Shown here: positions 56,501-64,000 of the stretch, piece by piece
How the letters are laid out: each line of letters opens with the position of its first letter
Numbering within the stretch: position 1 is the first letter of the stretch
From: Mayamaea pseudoterrestris
Lineage: Eukaryota
NCBI GenBank assembly: GCA_027923505.1
Contig: BROI01000002.1
Span: forward strand, 2,294,001-2,358,000
Direction: 5' to 3'
Length of the DNA: 64,000 nt
Translations under genes and position numbers: made by a program
The notes under the pieces: generated by a model
Told to the model about the DNA's origin: nothing
What the model saw: the letters and a program-made list of their open reading frames with translations, nothing else
Database searches by the model: none

Positions 56501-59500
56501 GTAACAAAGGCGAAATATCCGGCAGATTTCCGAACGCAACTTCCGTTGGCGTGCGCCATCCCAGCGATTTCGTCGCGAGGACGTTCAGTATCATGATTAC
56601 GAATTTAATCAGCAAAACCCAGCAATGGCCTGGCGAACCCGAATCTCGTTGGAGGTTCTCCATCATTGGCTTAATGTGCGACGTGTGACGTTCGCATGGA
56701 TTTTGTTCTGGATGACCCGGTTCTGTGGTCACTTGAGGAATATTGTACATCCGACAGAGATCGCTCACAGCCTTGCCAGTCTCCGACTTGGCATTGTCGC
56801 TGAGCAGTCCGTTAGGAGCGCCCACTTCGCGGATAAAATCCTCTAACGCGTTTGACATTTCGCTCTCCGACTTCATCGGGTAGCCGCGCGTGTAAAAACT
56901 TTCTCGTCCAACAAAGAGCTGCATCTTAGTAGCTCCCCCATGCCCTAGAATTCCATCATCCAAAGCTGGCGTGTCAGAGTGTATCGTGTCCGTGGCGAAT
57001 AGTTCGCGCAACCGCTGAACGTTCGCGGCCGGAAATCGTGATTTCGTGAGGTGTCGAAATGGTAATCGCGGGTGTGCGCTGAGATGATACCATGCTTCCG
57101 TGTGACGTAAAGTCTGTTGAACGCGCTCAGTCGGGACCCATCCGAGGTACGGCCGAAGAGCATTATAGTCCGGTTCCTTGCTTCTTAGCTTCCGCAAATT
57201 AACGCGTGAAAACTGAGCGTGTCGCACGCACCGATTGATCAGTACGTCAAGTTCGTCGCCAGTGCGTGTCGGCGTGTGACGATTGCGGTGCGTGATACCG
57301 TCATCGTCGAATCGTTCGTCGAAAGATCCATAATCGTGATCTCGTTCGTCGAAATCGTCGTGCGCGTGCTCGACATCGTAAACAGTCGGGTCCCACGGCA
57401 CGTCCGACGTCATGATGACAGTCGGATACTTATCCAAATCATCGAACGTGGGTTTCGTCACGTCCAAGTACACCAGGCCGTCGCGAATCGCCAATGGCAA
57501 AACGTAGCCTCCAATGTTCGTCGTAATTCGTTGCGTTCCGCCAAACATGGTCGGAATATCGTCGACGCGATGTCCCATTGCGCGCAATTGATTCGGGCAA
57601 TGAATCGTCGGTCCGTCTCGCTTTAAAGCATACTGGTGACACAGAAGCAGAATGGTTTCGCCACTAAGGGTCTTTGCCAGTCCAGCTGCAGTGCCAATCT
57701 TGAGAGCTGGGACAATATGATCGTCAATACCAGTCACATCCACCTCGGCGTTCGTTTCCGAAACGACGAGCATGTCTCCTCCGCATAAGCCTCCGTTCGC
57801 GCCGCTGTCGATGAGCGCGCCTTCGTTGATCCGCTCGTAGTGTGCGCGATTGACGCGCATACGACGATGCATGTTGAAGCTGAATGTACCTCGTCCGGTG
57901 TTATCAGTCGTCAACGATCCTGTCACTTGCTGAGTTGTAGTACTCGCATTGTTCGCTTGCAGAACCGATCGTGCAGCCGTTTGGACTGACATTCCACTAT
58001 TGCCGGGCTGAATATTAATCGTGCCAGGAACGCTTGCGTGATCGTTCGCTACAGATTCCGTCGCGTGACGCTCTTGATGCGCCGCGTTGACTTGCGTCTG
58101 CGTCGTAGCCGTGCCTCGTTGGTTGCGCGGTCGCCATCCGTTTTCGGGTGTCTTGGGCGCCGTCGCACGCTTGTCCTTCAACTGCTTTCGCTGATCAAAC
58201 TTCATCTCCAACCAGACTTCATCCTTCACGCTCGCGTGAGGTTTCTTCATGATCGCTGCGAATCGTTCCGCCGATAAGCCGCTTGGAGTCGCGCCGCCAT
58301 TGCCGCCGCCGCCTCCTTTCGTTCCACTAGACTGCGCTTGATTGATTGTGCGCTTAGTCTTCGTCGTCGATGGATGTTTCTTGTCATACTTGATGCAGCA
58401 CTCTTCTAAGTGCGCGTACAACTGCGCGAAATTGTCTTCCGAGTCGTGTTGCCCCATGTGTTTCTTGATGGCAATCATTCCGTCAAAACCTGCTAGTGAT
58501 GCGCTGAATCCAGTGTGCTCGGAGAAAGCGTCGCGTAGCATGTCGTATCGTTGTAAACCTGTCAGAGCTTCTGCGTCCATTTCGAGCAGCCAGATGACTT
58601 TCTTGTAGAACAGTGCGAGAAATTCGATCGTCGGCCGTGACCACTTCTCGGTCAGCCGCATTCCCTGCAGTTCCGTTCGCGCGCGTTCCTTCTCGATGTG
58701 AGCAGTAGCGCCTTCTTCGTATCGCGTTCGCAATCGTTGGTAGACTTCGCGTCCGTCCATCGTCTTCTTGAACTGCTGTACTGCGAGTGATGCAGACGGA
58801 GTTCGACAGTGCGTGAGAAAGATCCTGTATACAAACACATTCTTCTTTGCATACGCCTTCTGTTCTTTCGGTCCCTTTTCCTTCGGGTCATAATCGTCGT
58901 CAAAGACTTCGTGGAAGTCATGCAATGTAGCGATGACTTTCAACTCGGAAATCCACTGTTTCCACGAGGAATCCAGCTTCATTTCTTTACAATCCCTCGC
59001 CGAGAACTTGATAGACTTCGTAAATTGGTCTGAATACTTCTCGTCGTCTTCGTCGTCGCCGAGGTCCAGTACGGATGTCGGTGACTGCTTCGTGTCCACG
59101 TCCACGCTCGTCGGTGGCACCTTGTCGGCCGAGTCGGGCTTCGACTCGTCGCCTTCGTTCGTTAGCGTGGAGTCCTTGGATTCGTCCTTCTTGGATTCCG
59201 TTTCGCTTTCCTTCGCTGGAGGTTTCGCTCCGCTTCCGCTGCCCACGCTCGCAATGTTGCGCGCTTGGACTCGTTCCTTCGCTCGTGCTGTGACGAACGT
59301 CGCCAGCGTTTCGGTGGTCAGTTGCGACCATGTCTTGATGTCCGGCGACTCTTGCGCCAAATACCATTCGATCGCGTTCGTGATCGTGCGTTGTTTCATC
59401 TTCGTTAGCGAGTGTTCGCTCGTTTCCTGCGTGACATTGTCGCCATCGTCAGTCGTCGTCGTTGTCGTCGTCGTGACGTTCCACTTCGTCGCGAAATCGT

Positions 59501-60106
59501 CGTACTCCATCTCGATCAATTGCGTAAGCGATTCTACTCCGAGTTCGTCGAATAACTCCTTGAACTGAGGATCTTGGAAAACGCCTACGTTCTCTTCGTA
59601 AACATGCGCAAACGCCGCGTCTTTCTGCGCGCGAGTTTCCGCCATCGTTGTCGTCGTGACAATGTTCTTGCTATCACCTGCGGAACTTTCCGGGCCAAGA
59701 ACCAACGTGCGTCCACGTTACTTCGTAAATCAATAGTACTCTTCGTCGATAAAGTCTCTATGCCGAGGCAATGAGTCTCAAGACAGTGTTAATCTTGTAA
59801 CTTGTAAATCAAATCGTTGCACCTTTCGCTTGTAGCTGTCCTTGGATGGCCAATCCAAGCTTGCAGTTGCTACAATACGAGAGACGAATAAATCGCTTTC
59901 TTAACTCTTCAAGCTTAGTAAGTCTGCTTGTTTCTACTCTATATCGCACTAGTTTCAGCAATATACTTGTTGAATCGCTTCGAAGCCGTCGCTGCCACGC
60001 ATCACGCGATCGTGAGGCTGTGGTGAGCCGCGAGTGCCGCTGTGTCACCCTATCGGACATTCGGTGTGACTTGCCCGATTTTCGCTGTTTTCGTTCGCAT
60101 CCTGCA
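53524..60106 (-). mobile_element. Full-length Copia family A copy 3 (CoDi-like), LTRs 53524-53834 and 59796-60106
   Basis: Two matching LTRs enclose a single gag-pol in PR-IN-RT-RH order (IDSGANG; ATDT..SDN..QNPCE; YVDD; ADVLTK). A PPT precedes the 3' LTR. Confidence 0.96.
53853..59645 (-). pseudogene. Gag-pol polyprotein of copy 3 with one in-frame TGA at 54782-54780
   Basis: ORFs 54780-59705 and 53853-54731 are in the same frame. Copy 1 has TGC TTC at the site where this copy has TGA TTA. Confidence 0.85.
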
Positions 60107-60108
60107 AT

Positions 60109-63100
60109 TGTAACTTGTAAATCAAATCGTTGCACCTTTCGCTTGTAGCTGTCCTTGGATGGCCAATCCAAGCTTGCAGTTGCTACAATACGAGAGACGA
60201 ATAAATCGCTTTCTTAACTCTTCAAGCTTAGTAAGTCTGCTTGTTTCTACTCTATATCGCACTAGTTTCAGCAATATACTTGTTGAATCGCTTCGAAGCC
60301 GTCGCTGCCACGCATCACGCGATCGTGAGGCTGTGGTGAGCCGCGAGTGCCGCTGTGTCACCCTATCGGACATTCGGTGTGACTTGCCCGATTTTCGCTG
60401 TTTTCGTTCGCATCCTGCAACTCCCCTCAAGTCATACCTAATAGTTAGATTCCTTGAAGAGCAGGTTCTTTAAGTGCTTGCTTGCCGTAGCCCGTGGAAG
60501 AAACTTGGTAAGTACATCCGCCGGGTTTGTCGTTCCCATGATGTGGTTGAAATTAATAATTCCCGCCGCAATCGCTTCGCGTACACGGTGAAATGCCAGT
60601 GCATTGTGTCGCTTCGTCAGACTAGAGTGCGGTAGGTTGCTGCTTTGCGTTACCGACTTGTTGTCTCCAAACATCCATGAAGGTCCGTCGAGCGGAACTC
60701 CCAACATGCGTAGCGTGAAGCGAAGATCCATGATCTGCTCCGTGCTCACTCTCGCTGCTACAAACTCCGAGCCGTACGTCGCCGTCTCGACCGTCGCTTG
60801 GCGTTTCGAAAACCAATCAACGACTGTTCCATTCAACATGTGTAGCATGCCCATCGCTGCCCGTCCCGTCGTGTAATCGTGGTACAGGTTCGCATCTTCG
60901 AACGTTGACATTCGCACCGCCTTGCCGCGCGGCGTGGGCATGTTCCACGGAAGCTCTTCGCAGATCTTGCCGTACACACTGTAATCCCAATCCATCTTGT
61001 CAACTGTCGCGTATCGCTCGTCCGTTGGAATCGAAACGTTGAATCGAATCGCTCCATCCGGGTATCTTCGTAAGTATCCGCAAATATGCTTCAACCGTTC
61101 CAAGTGCCCCGCTCGTGGCGCAGCTCGGAATCTCCCCATAGTCATGACAGCACAGTGAATGTCGAATCGACATAAACTTACTGCCCATTGCAACGCACCA
61201 ATTATCGATTGATACTTCGCAATTCCGTCGTCGTCAAGTTCTTTCGTTTCGTCGAGTTCCGGATGATCGCCGTCGCGTAGTGGACTTGTCTGCGGTCGCG
61301 GTTCCTCGCCGAACATTTCTTTGTAGTTCGCTAGTAGTCTTGTGACGTACTTCTTCGCTCCTAATCAGAGTACGCCGTCGTCGTCTCGCCAAACGTCTGC
61401 GCCCAAATGATATGCCAATGGACCGACGCCCTTCAACTTGTAGTTGTAGTTCTCAATTAAAAGATCCGTTAGTTCCTTCGGATTCTTCATCGCTATCGCT
61501 AAATCGTCGACATACACACAAACGTATTCGTAGTGCGTGCCTTTATCGCGCATCCACACGTCCGGTTCTGCGATACACGGCGTGAAGCCAATGTCGCGGA
61601 GCGTGTCTGCAAAGTGCTCGTGCCAGCGTGCGCCTGACGTGCGAAGACCGTATAGTGCCTTCACGATCGTGAGCGTGTGACCCTCGAGCTCCCCGAACTC
61701 CGGACCTGCCACGATATAAACCTTCTCTTTCGTTTTCGCTTCCAAGTATGCGTTGCCGACGTCAGCTGCCCACAGTTCCAGACCGTTGAGTTCCGCTAAC
61801 ATCGCTACCATTCGTAGACTTCGCAATGACACAACGCCCGAGTAAACTGAATCCTTCGGCGGCTCTGTCATATGTCCTCCTGCAACGAGTCGTGCTTTCC
61901 GTCGCAAATCGTGCTTGACATCGAATATCATGTGCACGTTTATTCGTTTCCACGGCGCCGGCATAACCTTACCGACTCCTTGATCTGCGAACGTGTCGTA
62001 ATCATTTATCTGATTTAATTCCGTTCGAATCGCATCCGTCCACAGCGTGTTGCCGTTGATCTCGTCGAGAGCTTTCGCATCTTTATAATTGCGCGGCAAC
62101 CTTACGCCGAATTTGTAGCGTACGCCGTTTGCTTTCGATTTTCGTTTCGCCGCTGTTACCATCTGTCGAAACTTCTTTCGCTTCCGAGTGTAATGCTCCA
62201 GCTGCTTCCATCCTGGCTTGTCGAGTAAGCCGTGCTTGAGTCCATACTCTGCGATCGTTATCGGATCGTCCTTCTTCATGATCGCGAGAGGCTCCCACGT
62301 CGTCGTTCCGTCAGTCCATTCGACGAGAACGTTACTTGAACTTCCTTTGTATGTCGGATCGTTCGGTTTCAAATTAAGCTCGTGTCCGATTACCTTCGTG
62401 AATACCCACTGAGTCGCCGGATCGTTTCGTATATCTTCGTCCATCTGTCGTTCGATTAAATCCGACAGTTCGTTGTAACTTATTAAGTCTTTCGCTGGCT
62501 CCTCTCCCATTTGGATTAGGAAACCTTTCGTCGTTTCGAGTAGCTCGTTATCGCGTACTTCGATATATTCGCATACAGTCGCTCGCATTTTCTGACCGTT
62601 TTCGTGTTCCCTTACGAACGTGCGTCCGATGAGTTCGCTTGGAGAGAACAGAGGGCATTTATTCCCTGATTCTTGCTCAGCCCTTCTGAAGAACTTCGCT
62701 GGTACGTTGGCGTGGTTCGCCATCGGAATTGTTTCGTCGTCGTTTCCTTCGTAGTTGTCGTGACTACTTTCTGTCGCATGCGTGCTATGGTAGCGTCCTG
62801 TCGCGAGATCTGGAGTTTCAAAATTTCGCTCGCTTGCGCGTGTAGCTTCTTCAGAAATCTCCCCTCCAGACTCAGGGAAGGAAGGCAACTCTCGTGGTAA
62901 CAAGTAGCTGCGCGAGACCACGTTGGAGCGCGGAATCGCCTGAAGCGTGTCGTCCGTCAGAACGAGAAAAGTCATGTGCGGACCGCTATTCTCTGCGATG
63001 CCCACGAATCGGCCGTTGCCAGATCGTACCGCCGAGGGAAACTCCCCTGCGCCTCAAACGTGACCGGTTCCCACCACTTGAAATGTAACAAAGGCGAAAT

Positions 63101-64000
63101 ATCCGGCAGATTTCCGAACGCAACTTCCGTTGGCGTGCGCCATCCCAGCGATTTCGTCGCGAGGACGTTCAGTATCATGATTACGAATTTAATCAGCAAA
63201 ACCCAGCAATGGCCTGGCGAACCCGAATCTCGTTGGAGGTTCTCCATCATTGGCTTAATGTGCGACGTGTGACGTTCGCATGGATTTTGTTCTGGATGAC
63301 CCGGTTCTGTGGTCACTTGAGGAATATTGTACATCCGACAGAGATCACTCACAGCCTTGCCAGTCTCCGACTTGGCATTGTCGCTGAGCAGTCCGTTAGG
63401 AGCGCCCACTTCGCGGATAAAATCCTCTAACGCGTTTGACATTTCGCTCTCCGACTTCATCGGGTAGCCGCGCGTGTAAAAACTTTCTCGTCCAACAAAG
63501 AGCTGCATCTTAGTAGCTCCCCCATGCCCTAGAATTCCATCATCCAAAGCTGGCGTGTCAGAGTGTATCGTGTCCGTGGCGAATAGTTCGCGCAACCGCT
63601 GAACGTTCGCGGCCGGAAATCGTGATTTCGTGAGGTGTCGAAATGGTAATCGCGGGTGTGCGCTGAGATGATACCATGCTTCCGTGTGACGTAAAGTCTG
63701 TTGAACGCGCTCAGTCGGGACCCATCCGAGGTACGGCCGAAGAGCATTATAGTCCGGTTCCTTGCTTCTTAGCTTCCGCAAATTAACGCGTGAAAACTGA
63801 GCGTGTCGCACGCACCGATTGATCAGTACGTCAAGTTCGTCGCCAGTGCGTGTCGGCGTGTGACGATTGCGGTGCGTGATACCGTCATCGTCGAATCGTT
63901 CGTCGAAAGATCCATAATCGTGATCTCGTTCGTCGAAATCGTCGTGCGCGTGCTCGACATCGTAAACAGTCGGGTCCCACGGCACGTCCGACGTCATGAT
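60109..64000 (-). mobile_element. Copia family A copy 4 (3' LTR 60109-60419, pol), continuing past the window end
   Basis: Near-identical to copy 3, including the TGA at 61367-61365. Confidence 0.95.

Noticed and set aside
59809..60473. Repeated ~100-aa ORFs on both strands of the LTRs
   Set aside because: They have no domain signal, show variable ends, and recur only because the LTR does.
63036..63046. Frameshift in the copy 4 integrase region (also in copy 1 at ~44130)
   Set aside because: It is a one-base difference in an A homopolymer and copy 3 is open. Probably a sequencing error, although a shared allele cannot be excluded.

Overview
Eukaryotic, intron-containing DNA, most likely from a diatom (UGPase/phosphoglucomutase fusion, PSDVPS-repeat secreted protein, CoDi-like Copia elements). 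The first ~33 kb is gene-dense. It holds STT3 with an ankyrin-like tail and a convergent gene sharing that tail, a pair of winged-helix-like paralogs, an M20 amidohydrolase, a YccV/TPR protein, UGP-PGM, TBCE, a TPK channel, and MYND and rhodanese/RRM proteins. Embedded at ~24.45-27.51 kb is a 919-aa putative tyrosine recombinase with C2H2 fingers. It is bounded by CCCGGG copies whose outer flanks rejoin into a perfect 20-bp palindrome, which suggests a Crypton-like YR element. From 33.5 kb to the end is a nested transposon cluster. A Ngaro/DIRS-type tyrosine-recombinase retrotransposon is interrupted by four copies of one Copia family with a chromo-like domain, plus a fragment of a second Copia family. 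The cluster includes an LTR-AT-LTR junction typical of ligated cDNA ends (2-LTR circle). All calls come from reading motifs by eye; no database search was run.
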